This document shows positions 37,200 to 51,182 of a stretch of DNA of 64,000 nucleotides, piece by piece. Position numbers and translations under genes: made by a program. This stretch comes from Chara braunii. Its lineage: Eukaryota > Plantae > Charophyceae. Under the pieces are notes generated by a model. The model was given only the letters and a program-made list of their open reading frames with translations. It was not told where the DNA came from and searched no databases. Every line of letters starts with the position of its first letter. The stretch's first letter is position 1. Where the stretch lies: assembly GCA_003427395.1 (NCBI GenBank), contig BFEA01000023.1:5795338-5859337 (forward strand), given 5' to 3'.

Positions 37200-38030
37200 A
37201 AACATTATCCTTACGTACAAGGTTGAAAGTGCGACAGCAGATTGCATGGCTTTGTGTCTCATGCTCGACGTTTATGCGATCATTCTGTGCTTCAACGACA
37301 AGCGCTGGAAGAGGACTACGACTTGAAGCATTGATAGGGGATTTTGCAGATTGTCGAAGAAGTTCTGCCATCCTAGCGAGCTGGTGAGAGTCCAGCAGAA
37401 CAGTCTATCACCAAACTCTCCGAACTTCCGAAGTAGGGTTTTTTTCCATCACCGCTGCACTTACTATCCACGCTCCTACTCTCCGATTCCTAAGCCCACT
37501 AGGAGACATCGTGACAGCAGATGAAGATACGGCGTCACCTCCGTTTTGTCCGCCCAGACTCCGGGCACTCTCTCCAAATTCGAGGTCCTACGGTCAGTTC
37601 TCCAAAGGTCTATCCGCGTAACGAATTTTGCAGGCTGGGCACTCTCGGCCCACGGAGAGTGCTTTTCTATAGTGGATTCTGACACGTATCCGAGGGTTTT
37701 TCGATGGCGGAATCGGATAGTTAGTGCAGCCATGAAAAACTCTCCGAAATCGGAGAGTGGACAGTGGTGCAGCGAGACCCATTGTGTGTTGGAACCAACG
37801 TTAACCAAGTTAGTCCGATGGAGGAATAAGTGGGTTTCTATCCTCTGCAGAGCTAAAGTTATTTGTAGCATGGCTTTAGTTTAGGGCCTTTTAGCCACTG
37901 TCAGATATAGAGTCGCTACCTTTCACTCCCAAGCCGTTCCTCCTTTCGAAGAATGACTACCGAGGACGCTCATGCAATAAGTACGGTAGCAGGGGCCTCG
38001 GCTACCCAGCCACAGTCGAGGTGGAGTCCA
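37200..38030 (-). pseudogene. Decayed LINE endonuclease-region remnant
   Basis: Minus ORF has KHSPW...VTRIDLW, resembling the APE-endonuclease FTW...SRID motif. Frameshifted. Confidence 0.3.
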
Positions 38031-39361
38031 GCGATTTTGGATCCTTCCACCTAAGCTGAATGCCCTCAGATTAAAATTTGTGTTTGAACTTTCACCTCAT
38101 TTTAGCAGTTCAGCTCAGTAGTGCTCCCTTAGGTGATTGGGAAGTGGAACATGATCCTTCCACCTAATAAGCTGAATGCCCTGGACCAACTGTCTGCTCT
38201 TTGAAACACTTAACTTTTAAGAACAGCACCTCTTAGGATGGTGGTTGGGAGGTGGAACATGGTCCCTCCCTAGAGTGGATGAAAGAGAGTGGTTGTGGAA
38301 ATGAGGAAGGATCTAGCGAAGTTCGATGACTTTCGGCGTGCAGCTTACCAAAGGACGTTAGAGAATAAAAACTTCTCTCGGGGTGATTGTAAGAGACTAA
38401 CGGGAAAAAAAAAAAAAAAAAAAAAAAGGAAGGGGAAACTGTGGCTGTGACACACTTGTAGTTTAAAATAGGCAAGAAAAGACAAAGTGGCAGCGGTGTC
38501 ATGGTATGAGTTTCTGAAATGTGCAAGTTTAGCGGGGGTCTAAAACTGCACCAGTCATTACCCGCAGTGGCGCTTGGCAGATTTAGGGGGGTCGCCTTTT
38601 TTGCACCATAATTCCGGGAACTGCTAAATATTGCCTATTCTGAACGTTGGGTGCGACTCCAACATGTTTGCCTCCCCAAAAAAAGAGGGAGACTAATGGG
38701 CCAAGAATCTGAATGCTGACTTGTTTTAAGGAGGCTATATATATAATGGCTTGGTCCTTGCACGGAGAAGAACATTGCAGGACCAGTCAAAACCAGAATG
38801 ATCCTCTAGCAGAATGTCCACAGGTCTATTTCAAGTACTGACTGACTGTATTATCTCTAGAACAGCACTAAATTGCGATCAGATGGAACACACTGGTATG
38901 AGTCATGTCAGTCACCTTTCCCATTAAGATCGATCAGTTAGACTGTTGAACCTCTCTTTCTATGCCACCCTAAAGATGTAATGATCTGCTGAGATTGGGA
39001 TGCTGTAAGGAGGATTAAACCGCCACAAGTACCCTCCTTAGGCGACTTGAGAATCAGAATGGACCCAATCTGATGATTTGGGAGGAACAGCGTGCTACCG
39101 GACCATTTTTTTTTATTTTTTTTTTTTATAACAAAAGAACCCCCGCCAGTGATAGTGGTGCTGGTAAGAGCAGACACCAAATTGGCAGGCGGTGCCAGCA
39201 AAAACAACGAAAAGTGCACTGCTGGGGTCATTTTTCTTTAACGCATTGCAAATCTGCATTGTGAAAAAGAGTCTGGGAGGTACTGGTGGTGGGATTGCAA
39301 AGAGCCTTGGTGTTGGGTCACCACCCCTGTCCGCAGGAACATGTTTGAACTCCGGCAAACT

Positions 39362-39395
<34 letters not shown>

Positions 39396-40916
39396 GAAAG
39401 CCCCTGTGTAAGCCCTCCATCCCGGCGAACTGATCCTATTTGGGGCATATGGACTGACGTATCAGGATTCTCAGGATTAGAGAGTGGGAGGGGATGAACT
39501 TTTCAGCTGCGGTACTGAAAAGGTGCTCGTTGAAATAGAAATCCGCCGATACTGGGCTTTAGGTGTCAGAAAAGTGGAGAAAGGAAGAGGATCCAGGGAA
39601 CGAGAGATTGCCTGGTTAACGATTTCTGCTGAGACATCATCAACCTTATCCAAGGGAGATAGTTGTTTCGGGATTGCTCAAGCTTTGATGATTGTGATCA
39701 TTCAAGCCAGCAGGTTGGTTTTTGGTTCATTCCTCACTCTCACAACTGTTCTTGGTTGGCCTTTAGTGGTTTCCATGAGGCTGAGTAGAGCTGGGATTAG
39801 TGAAGCGGAACAGTTTTCCAGCGTTGTTGTTGTAAATTGTTTTATCGTTTGATACACCCACCTTCCACAACTTGCCAGGAAACAAGTAGTAAAAAAAAAA
39901 AAAGAAAAAAAAAGAAGTAGATATCTGGCAGGGAAAGTGCATCGGATGTGGATTAGAAGGAAAATGGCTGGGTTGCTGCGCTATCTATCTCAATCATAAT
40001 TTGTAAAGCAAAACAAAGTGCACTGAAGGTCAAGTCGCCCGCAGGGTCCAGATAAGATGGTGGCGTGAAGCAGCACCAGGAATGATGGCTCGGTTTTGCC
40101 ACTTTTTTTCTGCCGTCCCCTGAGGTTTTTCATTTCTCGATCTGTGCATGGCATCCATGTCTAGGACTCCAGGGGCCATTTTCCGATTTCGCCTGCGGAT
40201 GAAGCCAACGTGCACTCAGGACCACTGACAAACATTTTGTTGTGCTACGTGCCTCCACTGTGTATGCACTGTAAGTATGCACTGTGTGTCTGCACCCGTT
40301 CACCCGCGTCCAGCGGCGTATGTGTTGCCAAATGCATGATTGCCCACCAGCAGTCAGAACAGCTGACAAACGGTGGCATTTTTTACTCAATGATGAATGC
40401 TGGCGTTGCAACCCCCGTGGGCACGGAAAGGTTACACACCCCACCACCCATGCACTCACCACATCACCCCACCAACACCAGACCCAACCACTTACAAATA
40501 TGGGGTGTTAGTCCCTGAACCCAGGTGCAGATCTTGAGGTACACCAGACAGCAGACAGCAGACAGCAGACAGATGAGGTAAGGCCACTGGCTGAGGTAAG
40601 GCCAGGGCAGACATTGTGTGTCTCGCGTTGGCAACTTTTCACGTTCATATTCATCTCTAAGAAAATATGTGAAGAAGCATTTATGTACGGTACGAGTTAG
40701 CATGGGGGGGGGAGGGAACCGAAAACAAATGGATAGGAGGGAACCGAAAACAAATGGCATGCCTATCGAAAACATTGTCCCAAATATGAACATATCGCTG
40801 CGACTGCCAGGCCCTCCACCACAGTGGTTTGGTAGTCCCGTGGTGGGTATGTAGAGAATTAGGAAACTAAGGCTCAGAGGTGTTGCCGATTTGAATCACC
40901 TCCTGCACGCTGCACT

Positions 40917-40949
<33 letters not shown>

Positions 40950-41224
40950 NNNNNNNNNNNNNNNNNNNNNNNNNNNNNNNNNNNNNNNNNNNNNNNNNNN
41001 NNNNNNNNNNNNNNNNNNNNNNNNNNNNNNNNNNNNNNNNNNNNNNNNNNNNNNNNNNNNNNNNNNNNNNNNNNNNNNNNNNNNNNNNNNNNNNNNNNNN
41101 NNNNNNNNNNNNNNNNNNNNNNNNNNNNNNNNNNNNNNNNNNNNNNNNNNNNNNNNNNNNNNNNNNNNNNNNNNNNNNNNNNNNNNNNNNNNNNNNNNNN
41201 NNNNNNNNNNNNNNNNNNNNNNNN

Positions 41225-41302
<78 letters not shown>

Positions 41303-42482
41303 GTGGCCATGGCAGTCCTGACTTGTATTTTGCGATGCTTTTGTATGATGCTGGAGCCGTTTCCAAACCGGTGTGGGTCCACACCAGTACCACAATATTC
41401 ATCCGTCCCAAAAGGATTATCCGACTTCCTGTAGCAGGCTATCCTTTTCAGATTGGCTCTGTTTTGATTCTCAAGTTTGCCTAGGTGATATATTGGCGAT
41501 TTAAGGAAGTCTGCTTTTCAGCTTCTTGTATCAGTCATTGGCTTGATCTGGAAGGGACTACCAGGCCCAAAACGTCATGGTAACTATTTTTTCTAAGAGG
41601 GGCGCATAGGACTCGGAACATTGTTCGAACTTCCAACCATCCTCCTGAAAAAAAAAAAAAAAAAAAAAAAGGGAAAATAAACTTCGGTTGAAGGCCCTCA
41701 CAAGTAAAACAGGGAGCGCTTGGCTGCAAATAGTTTTTTGTCACTTCGCGAACGACTTCATGATCTCTCCCTTTTCAGAGGCAAGCGCTCTTCCTTTTTA
41801 GAGCTAAGCGGTGAACCAAAACTGCTCAGTTGAGGGGCAAAGGGGGTTGGTACACCCCCTGCACCACCCCCTCCTCCATCACCAACACATGCTGTCATGT
41901 CGCCCGTGGTTTTGTGGTTTTGTGGTTTTGTGGTTTTGTGATTGTCGTGATCACATACTCTCATTTTCAAGTAGTTCAAAGGGTGCACGGGTGCACGGGG
42001 TGGGACATTGCCCCCCTTCCTTGCCACAAGCATCGTAAATCCGAAACCACATCTCCATTTGTGGACAACAGAGGAAACTGGTTAACCACCTTCTCTCCCT
42101 ATGTTCATCATCATGTCACCTCCCCTTCCCAACATCATGATGAACAAAACGAAAATCGAGCAATTGAAGTGAGAAGAGGGGTCTGGTGGGAGGGGGCAAG
42201 GGGTCCAGGGGGAAGGGGGTGGGAGGTGAGGGGAGTGGGACAGGAGGTTGGGGGGGCTGTAGCCCCACCCCCCCAACCCCCACCACAACCACATCCTCTC
42301 TGTCACCTCCACTTGTGGACCTTCTTGAATGCCAAAAACAAAGATGAGCAACATCAAAATCAGGCAATTGAAGGGGAAGATTGTTTAGTACATAATCTTC
42401 CGTGACCATTGTCACCTGAAATGACATTGTTATTTCTGCCCAATAGATGAAAACAGGTCATCCATGTTCTCTCATGTCCGGG

Positions 42483-44150
42483 CTCTGAGGGGTGCGGGAC
42501 CACACCAACCCCACACATCATATCCCCTGTTGTCACCTCTGCTTTTCAACGCACTTTCTTTTGCACCCCTTCAGATTTGTATTCTTTTGTGGGAGAGTGT
42601 AATAAAGTTATGTAAACCATTTTCCACATAAGTCTTTTCTAAAGGTCTTGGAACTTTTGTCAAATTTTGTTTTTTATCCTTTTCTCTTTTTTTAGGATAG
42701 ACAGGATATTTGGCCGTCTCTTTTTTCACTTTCTTCCTTTCTCATAACATATGCCAGTAATCAGTTTTTGTTTCGTCCTTTTCTCTTTTTTCATGATAGA
42801 TTGTATACTTGCTTGTCTTTTCTACCACTTTCTTTTTTCGTGCCTTAGCAAGTGCATATAAGATTTTTTTATTTTTTATTTTTTTGAATTGCATACACTC
42901 ATCTGCGCTGCGGAACAAAGGCACCACGGCACCACCCTTCCTTTTCTCCAACAGTTTGCTTAGCAAGCATTCATCGTCTTTTCAAATTTGTGTTTATTTG
43001 GATTCTTCTACTGCGTTCCTTCGCTTATGTGCAAATTGTTTCAACTTTTTGACCCCCTATGTACCTTTCTCTTGCCTCTCTCATCTCCCTCGCTTCTTTC
43101 TATATTTTTACATCATCATTCGCCGCCTTGAAATTCCTAGTTGGCCTGATTGTCGTCCATGTGAGATTGCAACTTGGAGTGAGACTATATCCTCACACTC
43201 TACTTCCCTTATGCAAGGTGTACTGACCTTGTCCATTTGTCCTATCTCTTTGCCCTTCTTTGCACGATCTCAACATGGGCTGAGGGGTGTTGGACTCCAC
43301 CAACCCCACACATCACATCCCCACTTGTAAGCTCTGCTTTCAACGCATTTTCTTTTGCACCTCTTTGGATTCGTATTGATTTGTGAGAGAGTATAATTGC
43401 CGTTTTCCACATCAGTTTTTGTATTTATTTATTTATTTTTATTTTAAGGCTAATTCTTTTTCAGCCCAACCAAATCACATCAGTTTTTACTACATGCTTG
43501 GAACTTTTATCAAGTTTTGTTTTTCTCTTGTTCTTTTTCCTTAGGATAGTTGGTTATGTTTTTTTTTGCTTTCTTTTTTGTAACTTTTACCGGTTTGTTT
43601 TTCGTCCTTTTCTTTTTTTGCATAATAGATAGTATTTTTTTGTAACTTTTACCAGTTTGTTTTTCGTCCTTTTTTTTTTTGGCATAATAGATAGTATACT
43701 TGCTTGTCTTCTTTACAACTTTCTTTTTCGTGCCTTAGCAAGTGCATATAAGATTTTTTTATTTTTTGCATACACGCACCCGCGCCTCAAAATAAAGGCA
43801 CCACACTCTTTTTTTTCTCCAACAGTTTGTTTGGTAAGCTTAATTGTTTTTTCACACTTGTGTTTATTTTGGTTCTTCTATTGCGTTCCTTTGCTAATGT
43901 GTTTATGTGCAAGCTGTTAAACCCTAATTACGTTTTTCTTGCCTCACTCATCTCCCTCACTGTCTTCTTTATTTTTTTTTCTTCACCCTCAATCTTCTCT
44001 CCTTCCTTTCAATTGCCTGATAGTCGTGCATATCGAATCGCAACATGGAGACAGTCAATGTCCTCACACTCTACTTTGATTATGCAAGGTGTGCGAACCT
44101 TGTTCATTTCTCTTAGCCCTTTGTCATTTTTTGCATCGCCTCTACATGTT
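42483..44150. repeat. ~800-bp diverged tandem duplication of decayed coding-like sequence
   Basis: 42483-43270 ~ 43278-44140, e.g. CGTGCCTTAGCAAGTGCATATAAGATTTTTTT and TCCTCACACTCTACTT in both. Confidence 0.75.
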
Positions 44151-45002
44151 GCAATTCTCCTCTTTTGCAACATTTTAAGTACCGCACATATGATCTCTTT
44201 CCTTTCTCTTACGAATGGTATGAGTTGTTGTGGTGTTAGGTAGACATTTGGACACAGAGATTAAATGTCAGGCATTCAAACGTGTAAAAATATTAGAAAG
44301 GAAGAGAGTTTATTGCATGGCCACTTCTTAACCAAAAGGGAACTTAGTGTTGAATGCAAGTGATTACGAGTGGACGTTGTGTTGAATGCAAGTGATGGCG
44401 AGGATGTTGCATCACATGCCTTCGTTTCAACACAATTGACTAATAGAGACCCGTCTCTTTTACCCAATCACTTAATCCCAAAAGCACTGTGAATGGTATT
44501 TGAAAGTAAAGGTTGTTTTGTTTAGTTTGTCCACGCACCTACATTTGAATACAATGAACTTATAGAGACCCCTCTCTTTCATCCCATAGCATAATCCCAA
44601 AAGCATTGTAAATAATGTTTTTTTGTTATATTTGTTTTGAAATAATGTTTATGTGTGTGAGATTGATGTTTGTTAGAGCCTTTGGGATAATTATTGTTAA
44701 ATTTCAAGAAATCTAAAAATATGATTGGGTGAATTTATCATCTTTTTGTTTTTCATTGTTGTTTTAATTATTGTTTTATTTGCATAGCTTTGGTATAAAA
44801 GGTTTTTCGGTTTGTTAGAAGGAGCATGAGGTAGTCTATAAAGTTTTAAGGTTTTATCAAATCTTTCTTTCTTGTTATGAGGACATTCTTTATGAACAAC
44901 ATGGTAAGGTATTTAATATGTTTTATTGATAAACGTTTATCACCAAGGATGTTATATTTTTTAGTACAACCTTTTTTTTTGTGATTGATAGTTAAGCAAA
45001 AA

Positions 45003-45153
45003 TTGTGTAGCACATCGGACATGTTCGGCGCCCCACCGAGCAGCCGAACATATTCGGAAGCTCGGCCGAGCGGGTACCGATCGTGTTCGGCCGAGCGCAA
45101 ATTAGGGGGCTATCGAGTTCGTCCTTGTGTGAGGGATGTGTGTCGGGTAATGG

Positions 45154-45187
<34 letters not shown>

Positions 45188-45376
45188 AGGAGTGATGAGC
45201 AATGCCCCCTAGGGCCCCCCAATCCCTATATATATTGAATGTTTAAAAGTAAAATTAAAAAATATAAATGTTAGGGCTCGGTCTATTTTGGGTCACGTTC
45301 GGGCTTGGTACCGAGCGTTCGGGTTTGGTACTGAGCGTTCGGGTGCGGTCACCGAGCCCGAACGTGGTGCTACACA
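45003..45376. mobile_element. MITE with TTGTGTAGCAC/GTGCTACACAA TIRs
   Basis: Terminal inverted repeats and subterminal GTTCGG motifs. A similar element lies at ~50086-51182. Confidence 0.55.
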
Positions 45377-47002
45377 AGTAAAAAATATGTTAGAAATTTC
45401 TTCAAATGGTGAACCAGATTCAAAGGTAGTTGAACATGTGATCATAAATAGGATGACATTTATTCATAGCTTATTTGAAATGTATTTATCAAATTAACCA
45501 CTAGTACTTGGCCCAGCTAACGCGCTAGGCCTTTAGGGCTTCGGGGTACCGTAGCACAATGGCTCGAAGCACCAGCCCAAAAAAAATTGAAAAGTTACCT
45601 TGGCGCTTCGACAAAAATTGGTGCACAAGGGCATTCCAGACTCGGCGTCGATAGCTGGACCAAGTACTGATGGTTTGAAATGCATTTTCCTTCAAAAATA
45701 GTACAGTATCTAGACTACTATGGGGTGCCATAAGCAAAAATGAAAAAAAAAAATCAAGCATACTAGGCGGGCCCAACCCGTTCAAGGATCAGCGAAGGTC
45801 CTGGCAGAAAAAATAAAAAAAAAACATTAAAAAAAATCTGAAAAAAAAAACTAAGTTATACAGAAAATAAATTGAAAACCTTTGCCTCAGGGCCATATCG
45901 AAATTCTTCACCGAATTAAAAAAAAAAAACTAGGCCACCAGTCGGGCCGTAGGGCTTTCGGGTGGCCAGCCTGTGCAAGGATCGGGTAAGTTCCCANNNN
46001 NNNNNNNNNNNNNNNNNNNNNNNNNNNNNNNNNNNNNNNNNNNNNNNNNNNNNNNNNNNNNNNNNNNNNNNNNNNNNNNNNNNNNNNNNNNNNNNNNNNN
46101 NNNNNNNNNNNNNNNNNNNNNNNNNNNNNNNNNNNNNNNNNNNNNNNNNNNNNNNNNNNNNNNNNNNNNNNNNNNNNNNNNNNNNNNNNNNNNNNNNNNN
46201 NNNNNNNNNNNNNNNNNNNNNNNNNNNNNNNNNNNNNNNNNNNNNNNNNNNNNNNNNNNNNNNNNNNNNNNNNNNNNNNNNNNNNNNNNNNNNNNNNNNN
46301 NNNNNNNNNNNNNNNNNNNNNNNNNNNNNNNNNNNNNNNNNNNNNNNNNNNNNNNNNNNNNNNNNNNNNNNNNNNNNNNNNNNNNNNNNNNNNNNNNNNN
46401 NNNNNNNNNNNNNNNNNNNNNNNNNNNNNNNNNNNNNNNNNNNNNNNNNNNNNNNNNNNNNNNNNNNNNNNNNNNNNNNNNNNNNNNNNNNNNNNNNNNN
46501 NNNNNNNNNNNNNNNNNNNNNNNNNNNNNNNNNNNNNNNNNNNNNNNNNNNNNNNNNNNNNNNNNNNNNNNNNNNNNNNNNNNNNNNNNNNNNNNNNNNN
46601 NNNNNNNNNNNNNNNNNNNNNNNNNNNNNNNNNNNNNNNNNNNNNNNNNNNNNNNNNNNNNNNNNNNNNNNNNNNNNNNNNNNNNNNNNNNNNNNNNNNN
46701 NNNNNNNNNNNNNNNNNNNNNNNNNNNNNNNNNNNNNNNNNNNNNNNNNNNNNNNNNNNNNNNNNNNNNNNNNNNNNNNNNNNNNNNNNNNNNNNNNNNN
46801 NNNNNNNNNNNNNNNNNNNNNNNNNNNNNNNNNNNNNNNNNNNNNNNNNNNNNNNNNNNNNNNNNNNNNNNNNNNNNNNNNNNNNNNNNNNNNNNNNNNN
46901 NNNNNCACATCGAAATTCTGCACTAAATTTAGAAGATTTTTTTTTTTTTTTTTTTTTTGGTTCGGCAGGGCAAGTGATCGTGGGCCAGTCTGGTAGCCTA
47001 GT

Positions 47003-47057
<55 letters not shown>

Positions 47058-50000
47058 TTGATTTTACTCGGTCGGGAAAGTGGATCCGGGCCACTCTGCT
47101 AGCTTAGTAAAAATTATAAACTTTAAATATATTGCATATTTTTTAAGTTTGTTCATTTACGAATTTGGAGAATTGTGGCAGGATCAACAGAAAGCATAAT
47201 CTCAATTTCTCAAACAATATCAATGTTCGACGTAGGGTTGCCTGTCTCTAGGCACAAACAAAATAAATTAAAGAATGTGAGAAGTAATAATCTCATAAGT
47301 ACAAATGAAAAGACATGGTCAACACTCATCAAGAGTTCTCACTCATCTCTCTAAAGTCTCATCCTCAATCTCTCATTTGGTTGTGTACTTTTTGGGATAG
47401 TGACCTAAAAACATAGAGTCACTTGTAACCTGCAAGTTCTGAATATGTTCATCCAAGACCAAAGATACGGAAATCAAGCATATCACATAACTTATCCATA
47501 GAGTAGGAAGATATGGCTTGGAAAAGAACTTCCGCCTAAGATGCCGAAGTTCTGGACACTCAATCACTGGAGAGAGAGTGATAGGCTGATGATAGTGGCA
47601 CAGAGTTGATCCATAGCTTTGGACCCAAACTCTGAAGGCATAGGCAATCTCTGGAGGGTAGATATACATGTTGGCCAAATCAACCAAGTCACCCCCGTAA
47701 GAGTCGTTTGTGAGAAGGAAAGGAACTTGAGGCCTGGGGTAATTTGTATAGAGGTTGATTCCAAAACTACAGATCAACTTTGTGCCATTATCACTAGTTT
47801 ATCACCCTCTCTCCTCAAGATATTTGGTTGCTGTGATCCAGACTGAATTAAAATGCTCATGAGTTTTCTTCTTCAAAGAAATCATTAAGTCATCAATAGT
47901 ACCTCTGACAAACTCAGTGAGGCGAACGAAGATTGACATATCTTATTGTCTGAATCCGATTGCACTCACTTACCGATAATAAAAAGCACCGTTGAGAGCA
48001 ATCTTATTGAGACCGACCAAGACGGTCCGATTAACAGGAAAAGAAGCAATAATACTCATGTGTCGCGAAAAATACTAGAATTGAGCTAACAAATGAAGAG
48101 CTAAAAAACAATTAATGAGATGTCGATGAATGAATCACTGTATGTATACCTCTGATAAACATTAATTAATTGATACTGATCTGAGAGAGAACTGGTAATA
48201 ATGCAATGGGAACATATCCCAACCGAGGACCCCTGATGATGTCTTAGATGACTGGGAGTTGTTGAGCACCTAATCATTGACTTCTGACCACTGACAACTG
48301 AAGGTTGAGTTACTGAACGACACTCGTTGATCGATATATTGATGAAGTCTTTGAGAGAGAAAGAAAACTGAAAGTGATTGCTCTCTTCGGATTTCATCAT
48401 GACTTGCTCAATGGTCTGAAATGATAAGCGAGTTATGTAGTTCGTCACTGTGGTTGTAAAAGTAGAAAACATATTCAATATATTTTTTATCCCAAATCTT
48501 ATGAACACAACACTTCCTCAAAAATAATTTATGAAATTTCATGTTTTGAGCAGTTTTTGTCTCCCAGCCCTCATAGTTGTTTTTACAGATCTTACACCAC
48601 ACCACCAAAATCTTTGCGTTCCTCATGATTTTCCTTCGCTTCGCAAGCAATAAATATTTTACTTGTGTACAACTTTTTGTCATGAAAAAAATTGTTGTCG
48701 ATGGTTACGTTGTTTACCACTGAATGTTACTAGTGGTATTTTTGTGCAAGTCTCACTACTATGTTTTTCTGCGAGTGACCAGCAGCCTATCACCAAAGTT
48801 AACATTTCATTCTCAACTCTCTCAATGTCTGCATGTTGTTGAGGTTTTTCATCTCTTGTTACTAAATCCTCTTGTGAGCTGAATGTTGTGCGGCAAATGT
48901 TGAGTCTACGAAGCTCTTGAGTCACTTTCTTTCTTGAGCTCGATGTTGTTGTCAGTTTTTTGGGTATGGTCTGCGAAAAGTTCTTTAGCACGTTCCTGCA
49001 AACAGTTCACGAGTTCGGTTTTCCTAATAAGCTCACCAACTCTACCATTTTCGGGTTTGCGAGCACGTTCCCAGATGAATAGGAATTTTACCCTGCTCCT
49101 TACAACTTGCATGTTCGTTTTCGCAATATGTTCTTTGAAAGGAAATCTTGATTTCAACTCTGAGTCCATTTTCTCAGAAACGATTATGAGTCATATCCTA
49201 CGTCAAAGTAAGTAAAGTTCTTTGATTTATATTCTTCTAATATGTGTATGTTGATCCGAGTTATCAGTATCCCGCTGGTTCCCAGTCTTCACTTGCCTGA
49301 GTATAATGATGATTTACGAGTGTTTCAACGTGCTATTTGTCACAAGTCTATAAGCAAGTTGATTACCATAAATGCTGGATATTAAATTATATCTTCATTC
49401 ACTTACCACCTAGGGCGTCTTTGAGCACAGGTGTTGTTTGCCCACAACATAGATTAGCGTCGAGCATGGTGTCATTGATTGTGGTTGCTAGTCATACACA
49501 ACACAAGATGTTACCAGACGCCATTACACCCAAATGTTTTACGAGGTACTGAGTAATGAGTTGAATAAACTACTACAATTGTCAAGTAGTTTTACGTCGT
49601 CGGTGTTTGTTCGTAGGATAAGTTCACATTCCGTAGGTTTCATTAGACTGAGAGTCAGAATAGGCTTACGGAACGGGCTTTCAGATTTATAGCTTTGCGA
49701 GGCAGCCCTTGCATTTACACATTGTATAGAAAAAAACATTCATGCAGTTTCCACCACTTTTAAGGGTACCTAGCACTACGCCTATAAAACATATTTGCAT
49801 TTTTTCCTACTGATCCTCAAACTCTCACCGCGTTCAAAGAACAACACCATGAATAGTAAAAAACATTGTAGACGAAGTAGTATGTAATGGTTAGATTTTT
49901 TTTTTTTATAGTATCAAATATAGTTAGCAAGAAAGATGGAGAAAGATCAATAGTACAAACAAATATCTAGTTTTGTGTAATAACGATGATAATACCCTCA

Positions 50001-50085
50001 TTTTATATCAACTCTTGGACGAATATTTCTGGTGAAGGGTTATTACTCTGTCTAATCATCATCTAGTAAGTATTTGACAAAAAGT

Positions 50086-51182
50086 TGCATAGCACTGCTA
50101 ATGTGTTCGCGCCCCTCCACGTTCACACGAATGTTTTCGTTCATTTGTACGAACAACTCGCGAACGTATTTGAAAAAATATATATTTTTTTGTAAAAACT
50201 AGTGTATATATATATACAAGGTAACCGGCTCTCAGGACGAGCAAAATGCCTGAACCCAAACGCCCGAACGTACTGGACCCCTTGGGGATGCGTTCGGTCG
50301 TTCGGGCCGAACGCGAACAAAAAACAAAACAAAGTTTAACAAACATCTTGAAAAAATATGAAAAAAAGATATGTTATGAAGACAAATAAAATAAACAACA
50401 TTTGTTTGAGCATTACATCCAAATTTTAAACCAATTTGAAATTAAAATAATCAATTAAAAATAAAGCATAAAACAAATAAGAAAAAATAAAAAATAAAAT
50501 AAAATTAGTGAGTGAGCGAGATCATTTCCGACACCGCCATCATTGGTGATTTTTTTTTTTTTTTGCACAGATAAATGTCCTGAAAATATACAGATTTGTA
50601 CTTCACATAATACAAAGCTCACTAAAAAAAAATCAAATATATTAAAATTCTTAAGGTCGCCCAAAAGTGAAAAAAAACACAATAGTCATGTTTTGACACC
50701 ACACTCTTTGGCAATTTTTAATTTTTGTTTTAGCTTAGCAAAATGACTTTAAAATTTATAGGCATGTACCTCACATCTTAGAGAACTCACAAAAAGAATT
50801 CAGAAAAAAAAAACTTATTTTTAGCACTCGAAATAAGTTTTGGTGATGGCCGATCACGTTCGGGTTCGGACCCCGAACGGGATCCCGAAAACCCGTACGT
50901 ACGGAGGTCCGCCTGGAGGTCCGCCTGAGGACCTCCGTACGTACGGGCTGGTGACCCTTTATATATATATATATATTTAGCTAAAGAATTTGAACATGTC
51001 TCCAAAGAAAAAGTTCCTTGTATTGTTGTTTTACATCACATATATTTGTTTCATTTTTTTTTGAAATTTCTGTGTTTTTTTTTTTTTTTAATGTTCGCGT
51101 TCGGAGGAGGGTTTTTGATGCTAGTTGGCGTTCGAGCTAACATGTTCGGGTCTACCTCCGGACGCGAACACGATGCTACGCA
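50086..51182. mobile_element. MITE inserted in the decayed ORF and hosting a nested hAT MITE
   Basis: TGCATAGCA...GTGTTCGCG / CGCGAACACGATGCTACGCA termini. Confidence 0.5.
50217..50959 (+). mobile_element. Non-autonomous hAT-type element, copy 3
   Basis: CAAGGTAACC...GGTGACCCTT with TATATATA on both sides. Confidence 0.75.
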